Positions 21,091-30,751 of a stretch of 64,000 nucleotides of DNA are shown one piece after another. A program made the translations under genes and the position numbers. Numbering within the stretch: the first letter of the stretch is position 1; each line of letters begins with the position of its first letter. The notes beneath the pieces are model-generated. The model had not been told where the DNA came from. It searched no databases and saw only the letters and a list, made by a program, of their open reading frames with translations. Source of the stretch: a virus; IMG/VR virus record IMGVR_UViG_3300030331_006142, positions 1-64,000 of that record; one strand, written 5' to 3'.

Positions 21091-22334
21091 AGCTTAAACA
21101 TCTCCCAGTTTTTATAATTTTTTCTATTATCCCAAGAAGACATTTCTTCAAAAACACTCTTAAATGTCTGATACCAAAGACCAGCATATTTAGCCATGCT
21201 GTAATTTTCTAAGACGTGCTGCCTTCCTGCTGCTCCCAGTTTTTCTCTTTCACTTTTCGACATATTGTAAAATTCTACAAGAGAGGCAACAAAGTCATCC
21301 TTTGAAAGCCTGTCTTCATAAATATAAGGAACATCCTGCGAGCCAATAACTGCTTTTGAAGCAGGTTCTATCCCTATGCCAAACCAACTACTGCCGTCTG
21401 TTACCTGCTCCTGCAAGCCGCCTGTCATATTTACAATTATCGGAGTCTCGCAAGCCAAAGATTCTAAAGTGGAAAGCCCAAAACCCTCAGCATCAGAAAT
21501 ATTTATTGTGCAATCTGCAAGGTTGTATAGTGCTGCCAATTCTTCAGGCGGCATCTTAACAACGGATAGCACAACTTGTCCATCCTCGAGTCCAAGCTCC
21601 TTGACTATCGCCTCTAAATCCTGTCCATTAGGGTCTTTTGGTTCTGTGTGCATTATTAATGTTGCCTTGTCATGGCCTATTTGGTCTAGGAATTCTTTAA
21701 ACCAAAAAATCAAAGTACCAGACTGTTTTCTTCTAGCATTTCTATTGTTCCAAAAAAAGACCATCTTACCTTGAGACCCAGCTGTATCTCTCAGGGGTGC
21801 TATCTTTTCTTCTTTCATTTTCTTGAACACGTTAGTATCTACAGTATGTGGTATTCTTACGCACTTAACTCCTGGAGACACAGTTCTCACAATATCGTCT
21901 GTAACTTTGCTGATTGTGCACACCACATCGTTTGAATCATAAAAAGACTTATTGAACTTTGGATAAGGGTAATTATCCCAAACATGATAGTAAATCATCG
22001 GAACGTTAGGACGGATTTCATCCTCCATTCCCCAAAGCCAAATATAAAATCTTGGGTCAGTCATGAACCACAATACGTCTGGCTTATAAGTCTCTAGTGC
22101 TTCTCGTACTATTTTTGGGTTACCATAGCCGTCAACTGGATGTATAATCCAATCATCAGGGTATGGGTCTACTTTTATTGGTCGATAATCCCTGTGTTTT
22201 AGGGCGCCGGCGAGACAGACAAAAGAAAACTCTCCTGTTCTCAACATAGCCTCTATCATATATTTCGTTTGAGTGCCAACTCCGGAAGGGGCGAGCGGAC
22301 TGTCTGCTATTACTAATATTTTCTTTTTCGTCAT
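21087..22334 (-). CDS. GT4 glycosyltransferase
   Basis: DSPLAPSGVG, NRNARRK and AEGFGLSTLES motifs; start at MTKKKIL preferred. Confidence 0.88.
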   Translation of the reverse strand: MTKKKILVIADSPLAPSGVGTQTKYMIEAMLRTGEFSFVCLAGALKHRDYRPIKVDPYPDDWIIHPVDGYGNPKIVREALETYKPDVLWFMTDPRFYIWLWGMEDEIRPNVPMIYYHVWDNYPYPKFNKSFYDSNDVVCTISKVTDDIVRTVSPGVKCVRIPHTVDTNVFKKMKEEKIAPLRDTAGSQGKMVFFWNNRNARRKQSGTLIFWFKEFLDQIGHDKATLIMHTEPKDPNGQDLEAIVKELGLEDGQVVLSVVKMPPEELAALYNLADCTINISDAEGFGLSTLESLACETPIIVNMTGGLQEQVTDGSSWFGIGIEPASKAVIGSQDVPYIYEDRLSKDDFVASLVEFYNMSKSEREKLGAAGRQHVLENYSMAKYAGLWYQTFKSVFEEMSSWDNRKNYKNWEMFKL

Positions 22335-23197
22335 TTGCAATACTCTGTTTTGTAAAACTTGCAATATTTGCAAGAAAGTCTATTTTTAATTTTCATCCCT
22401 TTTTCAATATTTATAACAGATTTTTCCAAAAGACTTAAGCAGTTATTTGTTTTCTTTTCTCCAGAGGTGACTCTGAATATCTCTACGTTGTTTTTCTTTG
22501 CAGTCCTCTTTAGCAAAGCAAAATAAGTTTCAATACTTTCTGTCGGGATACTGTGTTTTTTTGAGAAAAAATGTTTGTACATTGTCAATTGATAGTTGAC
22601 TATTTTATCTGTTTTTTTAGAAATATTCCAGCCCCAGCTGCAGGTTTTCCAGTCAATAATGTGATATTTTTCATCAGGAGTTTTTATGACCAAATCAATG
22701 AAGCCTTTAAACTTTCTTCCGTAGGATTGAAATTCGTCTATATTTTCCATCAACTCTTCTTCAATGGATATTACTTCAAAGTTTCCAAAATATGATTTCA
22801 ACTCTTTCAAAGCATTGTTACATATTGGTAACGCCTGTTCTCTCATCTCACGAACTAGGTCTTTGTTGATGTTGTGACCCTCTTCTTTTAGAATTTTTAA
22901 TTCCCTAAGAAAAGATTGCTGAAAGACTTCATATGCATCTATTGAGTGCTCTGGTACTTTCTTTTCGCACGCTTCATGAATTGCTGTTCCGAATGCAGTA
23001 TACTCATTGCCTGAGAAGTACGGAAATTTATCTATATAAATAAGCTTGTGACGATAAGGGCATTCTGTCCAGTTTTTAAATTCAGAATAACTAATCTTTT
23101 TTTGTTGAGAGGTTTGACATTCTTTTTCTGATGGAATTGGTTGAGGCTGGTTTTTTTCTGGTTCTTGTTTGTTTTTGCTTTGGTTTTTTGTCTTCAA
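22331..23197 (-). CDS. PD-(D/E)XK (RecB/Cas4-like) exonuclease
   Basis: ISYS...CP, GTAIHE, GFIDL, IIDWKT, YQL and a C-terminal CKYC...C; start uncertain. Confidence 0.85.
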   Translation of the reverse strand: MKTKNQSKNKQEPEKNQPQPIPSEKECQTSQQKKISYSEFKNWTECPYRHKLIYIDKFPYFSGNEYTAFGTAIHEACEKKVPEHSIDAYEVFQQSFLRELKILKEEGHNINKDLVREMREQALPICNNALKELKSYFGNFEVISIEEELMENIDEFQSYGRKFKGFIDLVIKTPDEKYHIIDWKTCSWGWNISKKTDKIVNYQLTMYKHFFSKKHSIPTESIETYFALLKRTAKKNNVEIFRVTSGEKKTNNCLSLLEKSVINIEKGMKIKNRLSCKYCKFYKTEYCK

Positions 23198-23447
23198 TTT
23201 TATCTTCTTCTGCTATCTGAAAAACCCACACTCCTCTTGTGGTGACTTTTTTAATATTAGAGTTTCCAACCTTTGCAGTCGGCTCTTGTATGGTTTTTTC
23301 AATTACTATATTTTCTCTTGATAGAATATCAATTAATTTGTCTGTTGTCAATAAAATTATCTCTTTAGACGCGAATTCTCTTACAGAGCACTCCACTTCA
23401 ACCTTTAATTGCCTTTCCTCTTGAGTTTTTGTCATACTCTTAATCAT
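23091..23447 (-). CDS. Hypothetical protein
   Basis: 118 aa ORF in a gene chain. Confidence 0.6.
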   Translation of the reverse strand: MIKSMTKTQEERQLKVEVECSVREFASKEIILLTTDKLIDILSRENIVIEKTIQEPTAKVGNSNIKKVTTRGVWVFQIAEEDKIEDKKPKQKQTRTRKKPASTNSIRKRMSNLSTKKD

Positions 23448-24127
23448 GATAAATCCTCCATATTAAATAGAATAATTAACTTATTAAACAGAACTGGGCA
23501 TGAAGTATTTAAAAAATCACTGTCCCTATGGCAGTACAGAGCCTCAAAGCCATTTGCAAAATATTCTCTTAAAGAAGTTGCAGCGTATGGAGAATAATAA
23601 AGACCGCTAGAGAGCATAGATAAAAAAGAGTACCCTACCTCTTGATACAAAAAGTTATCAAATTCTTTAGAATATTCTGTTTTTAAAAAATCATTGATAG
23701 AGACGTCAAATCCCTCTGCGGATATTAGTTGGTACAAATTTTTTCTTTTTTGTAAGAATTCTTTTTCTAGCTTTCCATCTTCATAAATTTCTCTAGAATA
23801 AACTTCTTCTAAAGAATGCGCGATTTCATGAATTATATCATCTATCATATCCTCTTCGTCGTCTTGCCTATTGGTGATAAATATTGAAGAGTTTTCGTAC
23901 ATTGCTTGAACTTCTCTGTTGTTAAGGAACTCAAAGTCTCCAATATACAGTGTATCTAGATTTACTAGGAAGTGTTTGGGTATTCTTTTTAAAATTTCTT
24001 TTAATGCATTTTGTACAGAAACCTCTTTATTTGTAATCTCATCTTTTATGAATACCTCAACGCCTACCCATGTGAAGTGTTTTCTCTTGGCTTGGTTTAA
24101 TTTTATAGAATCAACTATCTTTTTCAT
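23444..24127 (-). CDS. Zincin-like (HExxH) protein
   Basis: IIHEIAHS followed by REYFANGF. Confidence 0.6.
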   Translation of the reverse strand: MKKIVDSIKLNQAKRKHFTWVGVEVFIKDEITNKEVSVQNALKEILKRIPKHFLVNLDTLYIGDFEFLNNREVQAMYENSSIFITNRQDDEEDMIDDIIHEIAHSLEEVYSREIYEDGKLEKEFLQKRKNLYQLISAEGFDVSINDFLKTEYSKEFDNFLYQEVGYSFLSMLSSGLYYSPYAATSLREYFANGFEALYCHRDSDFLNTSCPVLFNKLIILFNMEDLS

Positions 24128-24383
24128 TATTCTTGTTTCTATTGTTCATATATTCAACATCGTTAAGGGCTTGAGTGTATCCATTTATCCAGTTCTCTTC
24201 TGCGACTGACAACAAGAATTCTGGAAACTCTTCCGCGAACACTTCTACAATGTGTTTGACTGTAACTTCTTCATTTTCTGGCTGTAGCTTGTTTCCAACA
24301 AACTCTACTATTATATCTTTCAATTCACTTTCACCCGCGGTGATGGTTGTATCAAGTTCTATATTTTCTCTTACCTGGTTCAT
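24111..24383 (-). CDS. Hypothetical protein
   Basis: 90 aa acidic ORF. Confidence 0.7.
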   Translation of the reverse strand: MNQVRENIELDTTITAGESELKDIIVEFVGNKLQPENEEVTVKHIVEVFAEEFPEFLLSVAEENWINGYTQALNDVEYMNNRNKNNEKDS

Positions 24384-24410
24384 TCTTTTTTTTATATTTT
24401 CCTTTCTTTG

Positions 24411-25712
24411 TTACAATTTAAGTGCTGCGATGGTGGCTACTTTTGACCTCTCTCCTTTTGTCAAAGTTACATGACCGGTTATTGATTCTTGTTTTAATCT
24501 TTCTACTATATAAGACAGTCCGTTATTTGTGGCATCAATATAAACATTATCAATCTGTTCAATATCTCCTGTTAGAACAATTTTAGTACCTTCCCCTACT
24601 CTTGTCAAGACTGTTTTTATTTCATGTTGTGTCATATTTTGAACCTCGTCTATGACAATGAACGCATTAGAAATTGACCTTCCCCGTATAAACGTCATAG
24701 CCTCTACCTCAATCTGCCCCTTGCTGTGATACATGTCAAGAGTCATCTTATCATCACCCATCAGAAATTGTAAATTATCTTGAATAGGAGCCAGCCATGG
24801 CATCATTTTTTCCTCTAAGGTACCAGGTAAAAATCCAATATCTTTTCCGACAGGTTCTACTGGTTTTGTAACCACCATTTTTTTGTACCTTTGGTTAGCC
24901 CCAAGAGTCTGCTCAAGGCCGGCGGCGAGAGCGAGTAGCGTTTTACCTGAGCCGGCTTTTCCTATTAGACTAACAACTGGAACCTCTGGGTCCATTAGTA
25001 AATTTAATGCGTATTGCTGTTCCTTGTTTCTTGGTTTTGTGTCCCATGCTGATATTTGGGATACCTTCTTTAAGGGATTACTCTTAGATATAAACCTTGC
25101 CAGGCCGGCTTTTTTGTGATTAGAACTCGATATGAGCATAACAAATTGATTTGGAGACAGCGCTTCTTTATCTAAAATGACTGGCTTGTTGTTGTAAAAA
25201 TTTTCAATTACTTGGTCGTCGACTAATATTTCAGTAGTCCCTGAATATAAGTCATCTGACTTTGCCACAACTTGCTCAACTTGGTAATCCTCTGTCAAGA
25301 TACCCAAAGAGTCGCATTTGACTCTCATGTTTATATCTCTAGAGACTACAATCACTTTTCTTTTTTTGTTGTTTTCCATCTCTGATAAAGCAGTTGCTAT
25401 TATTTGATTGTCGGAATCCTCCAGGTCCAAATCATCAGGTAAGCACAATGGATTATAACCTTTCACTGTTATAATTCCCTTGCCTTTATCTATTCTTACT
25501 CCCTTGGCAAGATTTCCCTTGCCTCTTAGGTTGTCTAAGGCCCTTATTGTGCTTCTTGCTTGAGTGCCTACTGAATCTTGTCTTTTTTTGTGTTTGTCTA
25601 TTTCGTCCAGTACTTTTAGTGGGACTAAAATATCGTTATTATCAAATGAGACAATGGAGGTGTGGTCTGTCAGGTAAACATTCGTATCTAAAACATAAGT
25701 TTTCTTTGTCAC
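24411..25712 (-). CDS. phoH: PIN-PhoH (PhoH2/YlaK-like) protein
   Basis: N-terminal PIN motif YVLDTNV; Walker A GKAGSGKT; IGFLPG, IRGRS, DEVQN and TGDIEQID. Confidence 0.92.
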   Translation of the reverse strand: MTKKTYVLDTNVYLTDHTSIVSFDNNDILVPLKVLDEIDKHKKRQDSVGTQARSTIRALDNLRGKGNLAKGVRIDKGKGIITVKGYNPLCLPDDLDLEDSDNQIIATALSEMENNKKRKVIVVSRDINMRVKCDSLGILTEDYQVEQVVAKSDDLYSGTTEILVDDQVIENFYNNKPVILDKEALSPNQFVMLISSSNHKKAGLARFISKSNPLKKVSQISAWDTKPRNKEQQYALNLLMDPEVPVVSLIGKAGSGKTLLALAAGLEQTLGANQRYKKMVVTKPVEPVGKDIGFLPGTLEEKMMPWLAPIQDNLQFLMGDDKMTLDMYHSKGQIEVEAMTFIRGRSISNAFIVIDEVQNMTQHEIKTVLTRVGEGTKIVLTGDIEQIDNVYIDATNNGLSYIVERLKQESITGHVTLTKGERSKVATIAALKL

Positions 25713-25999
25713 TGTAAATCCTTAAAGCTGTAATGTTTACTTTATAACATAATAAATATAATTAATTAACTTTTTTTGTCCATGAAGTGGGCGCTTTTTC
25801 ATACTTAACAGTAAAGACGGGTCTGTTACTGGTCTCTTTTTGTATAGAAAAGATTTCATACTTTACATTATTAGTTTTTGGTTTCTCTGAGATTGCGACA
25901 TTAATAAACATCGTCGCAATGGTTATTATTTGCAACATAATTTCTTGTTATACTCCTGTTGGGTTAAAAAAATATTCTTTTTTTGTATACTTATAATAT

Positions 26000-26773
26000 A
26001 TGAATAAAAAAATCCTCTTTTTATTAACAAGTATTGTTTTTATTTTTACTGGCTGTATTACTTCTGCGCAATCAGCACACAGAAAAAAGCCACCAAGTCA
26101 TCTTTTTGTTAAGATTTTTAAAGATTTAGAAATTAAAATATGCTCCAAAAATGGTGATAAAAAATGCGTAGTAAAAAAATTTAGAAGTACTGGGAGTGGG
26201 ATGATAGTCAGACTCTCTAAAGGGAAAAAAATAGTACTCACAGCAGGGCACGTATGCACTTCGGAAGACCAACTAGCAGCAATCGAAAAATGGAAAAAAG
26301 ATACAAAAAATGCCTATTCATGGTCTGAATTTATTACAGTTTTTGACAGAAACAGGAATGTGCACCAAGGGCATATAATTCTGGATACAAAAATTTCATC
26401 TGGAAATGCTGACTTATGTTCTCTATATGTTCCAACTTTAGAGTATATATCCAAATTTAGTTACGTCACTATGTCCGGGGCACCACCTCAAATAGGGGAA
26501 GACATAATTTATATAGGCGCGCCATATGGAATTTATCACCCACCTACAGCACTAATCATAAAGGGTGTCTTTAGTGGAAAAATTGATAAAATTTCATCTT
26601 TAATATCCGCAGCCAGCGCGCCTGGTGCTAGTGGTTCTGTAATATTATCAAAAGATTATAAAGTTTATGGTGTACTATTTGCAGTTCACCCAAAATTTCC
26701 GACCGCAACAATAATAACCTCTTATAAGGAAACTAAAAAGTTTCTAGAAGTCACGGAAAAGCTACTACAATAG
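26000..26773 (+). CDS. Trypsin-like serine protease, putative lipoprotein
   Basis: Lipobox FTGC; TGSG, LTAGHVC, DLC and PGASGS catalytic motifs. Confidence 0.85.
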   Translation: MNKKILFLLTSIVFIFTGCITSAQSAHRKKPPSHLFVKIFKDLEIKICSKNGDKKCVVKKFRSTGSGMIVRLSKGKKIVLTAGHVCTSEDQLAAIEKWKKDTKNAYSWSEFITVFDRNRNVHQGHIILDTKISSGNADLCSLYVPTLEYISKFSYVTMSGAPPQIGEDIIYIGAPYGIYHPPTALIIKGVFSGKIDKISSLISAASAPGASGSVILSKDYKVYGVLFAVHPKFPTATIITSYKETKKFLEVTEKLLQ

Positions 26774-26785
26774 AAATTTAACAGT

Positions 26786-27088
26786 TTAATTTTTTACTGG
26801 ATGATATTTTACATAGACTTTATAGGTCATAGAGATACCATCCATTGCCACGCCTGGACCAGCAGCGGTTGGGGAAAAGTAAACATTTTGAATCTGCTCA
26901 TGCTCCATAATGTTGATTAGCATGTCTAGGGATATAACATTGACCGAAAACCTATAAACACCTTCGCCAAATCCGTGATGTGGAAATGCCCTATGTTGAG
27001 AGAAGTTTATAAATTGCTCCTTTTCCACAAGGCTTTGAAGAATCTTTTCTGATTCTTCAAGAGTTACATGTCTATTTTTTTTGCTCAT
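26786..27088 (-). CDS. Hypothetical protein
   Basis: 100 aa ORF. Confidence 0.65.
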   Translation of the reverse strand: MSKKNRHVTLEESEKILQSLVEKEQFINFSQHRAFPHHGFGEGVYRFSVNVISLDMLINIMEHEQIQNVYFSPTAAGPGVAMDGISMTYKVYVKYHPVKN

Positions 27089-27089
27089 G

Positions 27090-27731
27090 TCAAATTATCT
27101 CATCCACAAGGCCGTATTCTAAACATTTCTCAGCTTCCCACCACAAGTCATGCTTAAGTAGATTGTCTAGCTCTCTTTTTGGTATCTTGGTGTGTTGTTT
27201 GTAAATATTTTTAATCTTATCCATCAACATTTCTGAATTTTGCATATCATCTTTCATTTCATGAAACTTGCCCCACATCAAACCTGATAGTTGGTGTATC
27301 AACATACAAGAATTCCTGTGCATATACCTTCTTTCCGCGACACAAGACATCAGTGTTGCAGCAGATGCTGCACACCCATCGATAATTGTGTGTACTGGAA
27401 CTTTTGAGTTTTTAATATAGTCGACTGCTGAAAGTCCTGCAAATACGGACCCACCATAACTGTTTATATGTAATTTGATAGGTGGTGGCGTATACTCTAA
27501 TGGGCCCGATTTCGCCAACATTGTCGTATTTAGGTTGAAAATCCCTTTATTAAGTTTCAATATTTTGGGCCGAGTGACTCCAGAGTAAAAATATATTCTA
27601 TTATGACTAAAATCAACTACGTTAAAATCTTCTGATGCGTGACCCCTTGTTTCGCTGGCAAAATCATGAGGAGTGACACCTTCCCCCTCTGGGACCGGCT
27701 CTTCCTTCGTCCCCCAATAAAAATCTCTCAC
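27090..27731 (-). CDS. clpP: ClpP-family protease
   Basis: HINSYGGSV, GCAASAAT, MLIHQ and EKCLEYGLVDEII motifs. Confidence 0.9.
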   Translation of the reverse strand: MRDFYWGTKEEPVPEGEGVTPHDFASETRGHASEDFNVVDFSHNRIYFYSGVTRPKILKLNKGIFNLNTTMLAKSGPLEYTPPPIKLHINSYGGSVFAGLSAVDYIKNSKVPVHTIIDGCAASAATLMSCVAERRYMHRNSCMLIHQLSGLMWGKFHEMKDDMQNSEMLMDKIKNIYKQHTKIPKRELDNLLKHDLWWEAEKCLEYGLVDEII

Positions 27732-27733
27732 TA

Positions 27734-28300
27734 CTAAATCTCCTTTGAAATTTTTTTATAAATGTTTTTTTTATTTTCATAAAAAATGTTTTTTAATGAT
27801 TTCTTGTTCAGGTAAAGTGTTTCTATGTAGAAACCTTCTTCATCCCCAACCATATAAGACTTTATTTTAAAATTTTTTGATTCCCAAAATAAAGTCCTTT
27901 TTCTCATACCTAGGTAATACAGATGACACTCTGAAGTGTAAACTAGTTCGTTTTTTAAGAAACTATTTTCTGTTTTTTGGTATGTTGGTCTACCGTATTT
28001 TTCAATAAGATTTGCAATATGCTTATTAAATTTTCCTACGCAGTTCTCCGTGGTTATACCCTTTGGACCCAAGATTAAGATGGCTTTTCTTATCTTACTT
28101 TTTGCAAAAAACAACTGAAGCTCGTTTTCCATTCCTAAAAAATTTTTAGTTCCAACATAAACCAGAGGGCCCTTCGAAATATTACCACTATAATATTTAT
28201 AGTCTTTTAATTTTGATTCTATTTGCCCCTTATCATAAGGCTTGCTCCAGTCTAGATTTAGTGGCGGAACTATAAGAAAGAAATATAATAAAAAATTCAT
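27734..28300 (-). CDS. Hypothetical exported protein
   Basis: Start MNFLLYFFLIV chosen because the longer ORF overlaps the tRNA. Confidence 0.6.
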   Translation of the reverse strand: MNFLLYFFLIVPPLNLDWSKPYDKGQIESKLKDYKYYSGNISKGPLVYVGTKNFLGMENELQLFFAKSKIRKAILILGPKGITTENCVGKFNKHIANLIEKYGRPTYQKTENSFLKNELVYTSECHLYYLGMRKRTLFWESKNFKIKSYMVGDEEGFYIETLYLNKKSLKNIFYENKKNIYKKISKEI

Positions 28301-28318
28301 CAAACTGTATATCCTAAG

Positions 28319-28395
28319 TGGTGGGCCCACCTGGACTCGAACCAGGAACCGACGGTTTATGAGACCGGCGCTCTAACCTATTGAGCTATAGGCCC
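28319..28395 (-). tRNA. tRNA-Ile2 (anticodon CAT, lysidine-modified type), CCA encoded
   Basis: GGGCCTATAGCTCAATAGGTTAGAGCGCCGGTCTCATAAACCGTCGGTTCCTGGTTCGAGTCCAGGTGGGCCCACCA folds as a cloverleaf; Ile2 identity rather than Met is inferred from the acceptor stem and the adjacent tilS. Confidence 0.9.
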
Positions 28396-28414
28396 AGATA
28401 AGAATACTATATAC

Positions 28415-29020
28415 CTATTTTACATAAAGTTCAAGCATTTTTTTACGAATTGTTGTGCGAATGCCTGGGTTTACTTTTAAAACCTGCGGTATAATATTTT
28501 TTCTTACGTGGTTTCTCATGAAATTAGTGTGCTGGTTTGAAGGGTCTTCTATCCACTCTACTTCTTTGTTTTCTGCGTATCTTTTGATAGTGGATTTTTC
28601 TGTCATAAGAAAAGGCCTAAAAATATTTTGACCCCTTTGGAAGGGTATCAGCTTGCCTAGGCCATGAAAACTAGACATTAGCCATGTCTCGACGCAATCA
28701 TCAAGGTGATGACAAGTAATGATGTAGTTGCTTTTAATCCTACCAAAGAAAGAATACCTTTCATCTCGCCAAAACTCTTCTAAAGACTTTTTTCCTTTCG
28801 TTCCTTTAACTTTCCCAATAGTTAAATTTAGTTTATTTTTTTCAGCATATTCTTCCACAAAAAGTTGTGCTTTTTTAGAGTGAAAGGTGTCGTGGTCAAA
28901 ATATGCTAGCTCAACCCTTCTCCTGCCTTTTATCAGAAAGTCGGTGAAAACCATTGAGTCAATACCCCCAGAACAGGCAACCGTAACAGTTTTAGGGATT
29001 TTGCCAATTATCCTAATCAT
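28415..29020 (-). CDS. tilS: tRNA(Ile)-lysidine synthetase, minimal N-terminal domain only
   Basis: PP-loop ACSGGIDSM; RDERY, TCHHLDDCVET, RPFL and WIEDPSN...RNHVR motifs. Confidence 0.9.
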   Translation of the reverse strand: MIRIIGKIPKTVTVACSGGIDSMVFTDFLIKGRRRVELAYFDHDTFHSKKAQLFVEEYAEKNKLNLTIGKVKGTKGKKSLEEFWRDERYSFFGRIKSNYIITCHHLDDCVETWLMSSFHGLGKLIPFQRGQNIFRPFLMTEKSTIKRYAENKEVEWIEDPSNQHTNFMRNHVRKNIIPQVLKVNPGIRTTIRKKMLELYVK

Positions 29021-29026
29021 GCAATA

Positions 29027-29055
29027 AGTATATTGCAATAGCAATTAAATGTCAA
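29027..29055 (-). promoter_or_regulatory. sigma70 promoter, probably giving a leaderless tilS-tRNA transcript
   Basis: TTGACA-N17-TATACT, then 6 nt to the ATG. Confidence 0.7.
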
Positions 29056-29061
29056 GCATTA

Positions 29062-29862
29062 TTACCATTTTCTACAAGACCAATATCTTGCCTTCGTTTT
29101 TGGTCCAGGGTTCTTACAATTATGCCTTTTTCTAAAGTTTTTTCTAGCTTTTGGGTTTGACTTTCTAATTCTCATGGTTTTTTCACCCTTTCTCTTAGCT
29201 GATTTTCCCCCATGGCCAAAATTAACTTTCTTTATGTTTCCAGTTTTGGGGTCCTTGACATAAACTTTAAACTTTTTAACATCTCCACGCATAGGCTTAT
29301 TTAACTTTACCTTTCTGCCTCTGTATTTTGCTTCAGGTATCAAGTCCGGACAACCACACGATGCATCTGAAAGAATCTCGTACAAGCACTCAGGACAAGC
29401 TCTTTCGTTGTCCTCTGTTACTGCATCCTGTAAAGCTTCGTACAGTCTGTAATGTTCATTTATTTCTGTAAAGAATTCTTCTCTTTCTTGGGGAGACATG
29501 TCTTCAACTTTGTCCCTTGTGATGTTGGCAAGCTCTTTGTCTGTGTATTCCAGTTCCTCCAACTGGCCCATTTCTCGGGCTTTGCTTCCTGCTATATATC
29601 TTGCAGCTGCCGACATATAATCTCCTGCTTTTGTAATTTTTGCTTCTAGCCACTCCGGGAGGTCGTCTTCATCCTTTACCAGGTCCAACAGGACCTTGGC
29701 GTCTGCCATAAGATGAGCTAACGTTGTTCGATGCATTCTGGATTCTTCTCCGTAATGGGCATTTTTCATAGATTTCCCGGGTGAATCAGAACAGGGCGAA
29801 GGAGGGCGCGTTGCCGCGGTGGCGCATCCACCCTCCGCAATATTTATGTTTATTTTTTTCAT
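29062..29862 (-). CDS. Conserved large-phage protein (LPEW.EAKIT domain plus basic C-terminal RHNC...YWSCRKW domain)
   Basis: Domains recalled from marine T4-like phage hypothetical proteins. Confidence 0.7.
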   Translation of the reverse strand: MKKININIAEGGCATAATRPPSPCSDSPGKSMKNAHYGEESRMHRTTLAHLMADAKVLLDLVKDEDDLPEWLEAKITKAGDYMSAAARYIAGSKAREMGQLEELEYTDKELANITRDKVEDMSPQEREEFFTEINEHYRLYEALQDAVTEDNERACPECLYEILSDASCGCPDLIPEAKYRGRKVKLNKPMRGDVKKFKVYVKDPKTGNIKKVNFGHGGKSAKRKGEKTMRIRKSNPKARKNFRKRHNCKNPGPKTKARYWSCRKW

Positions 29863-30200
29863 TTTTTACCTCTCTTAGATTTTTTGCCCCAAGTTTTGCC
29901 TCTCCCTCTTTCTTTGCAGGCCCCGGGGGTTGGTCGGCATGCCGGGTATTTGGACCTCTTTTCTCCTTTTGAGCGGCCGCAAGACTTATAACCGCCTTTT
30001 CCATCAGGTGCGTTACAGTCTACCCAGCCCTTTCTTTTTCCTTTTGCTCCCTTTCTTTTGAACCAGTCTTTTAAAGAATTTTCTTTACTAGATTCAGTTC
30101 CTGCTTTTTTGCGCTTTTTGCGTTTTTTGCGTTTTTTGCGTTTTTCAAGAACTATAGACAGTTCTTCTTTAATTATATCTATGAGTTCTTGTTTTTTCAT
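29859..30200 (-). CDS. Basic Cys-containing phage protein with IIKEEL leader
   Basis: SLKDWF...GWVDC...CGR...YPACRP. Confidence 0.7.
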   Translation of the reverse strand: MKKQELIDIIKEELSIVLEKRKKRKKRKKRKKAGTESSKENSLKDWFKRKGAKGKRKGWVDCNAPDGKGGYKSCGRSKGEKRSKYPACRPTPGACKERGRGKTWGKKSKRGKK

Positions 30201-30724
30201 TTTTTCTTTTTACTCTTGTTGCCCCAGTTTTTGGCGCCAACTTTTCGACACTTAACTAGAGCCCCAGAAGCGTATGCAGAAGGCCAAACAGAGTAACGGC
30301 TTCTAACCTTATGATAGCATGCATCTTTTTTTCCAGAAGATTTCTTTTTTTTCTTTCTTTTTCTTTTTTTCTTTCTTTTTTCTAATACAAAATTTATTTC
30401 TTCTTGTATGGCCTTTATTACAACTTCTTTATCATCTGCTAGGATATAGTCGCCCTCTTCATGTTGACCAACATCATCCATTGCTTCGAGAGCATCTTTT
30501 ATTTCATTTTCGTCTACTTCGATATCTTCCGAATCTAAAAAAGGGTCCATACCTGCGGCGCCGCCTTCATCTTTTAAGATATCTCTGAGAACCTCTGGAT
30601 TAATATGTATATATCCTTTTTTGCCGTATTTTTCGTGTTCTTCTTCTGTTTTGGTGTCGACCTTATCTGATGAGTTGGGGTCGTACATCATATGTCTTTT
30701 GAATTTTTTCTTAGTATTTTTCAT
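30197..30724 (-). CDS. Conserved phage protein (DACYHKVRSRYSVWPSAYASGALVKCRK domain)
   Basis: C-terminal motif recalled from marine phages; late-promoter motif upstream. Confidence 0.7.
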   Translation of the reverse strand: MKNTKKKFKRHMMYDPNSSDKVDTKTEEEHEKYGKKGYIHINPEVLRDILKDEGGAAGMDPFLDSEDIEVDENEIKDALEAMDDVGQHEEGDYILADDKEVVIKAIQEEINFVLEKRKKKRKRKKKKKSSGKKDACYHKVRSRYSVWPSAYASGALVKCRKVGAKNWGNKSKKKK

Positions 30725-30751
30725 AACAACAACCTCTTGTACTACAGTTAA

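Noticed and set aside
22331-23197. cas4 of a CRISPR-Cas system
   Set aside because: Standalone PD-(D/E)XK nucleases are common in phages; no cas1, cas2 or array is nearby
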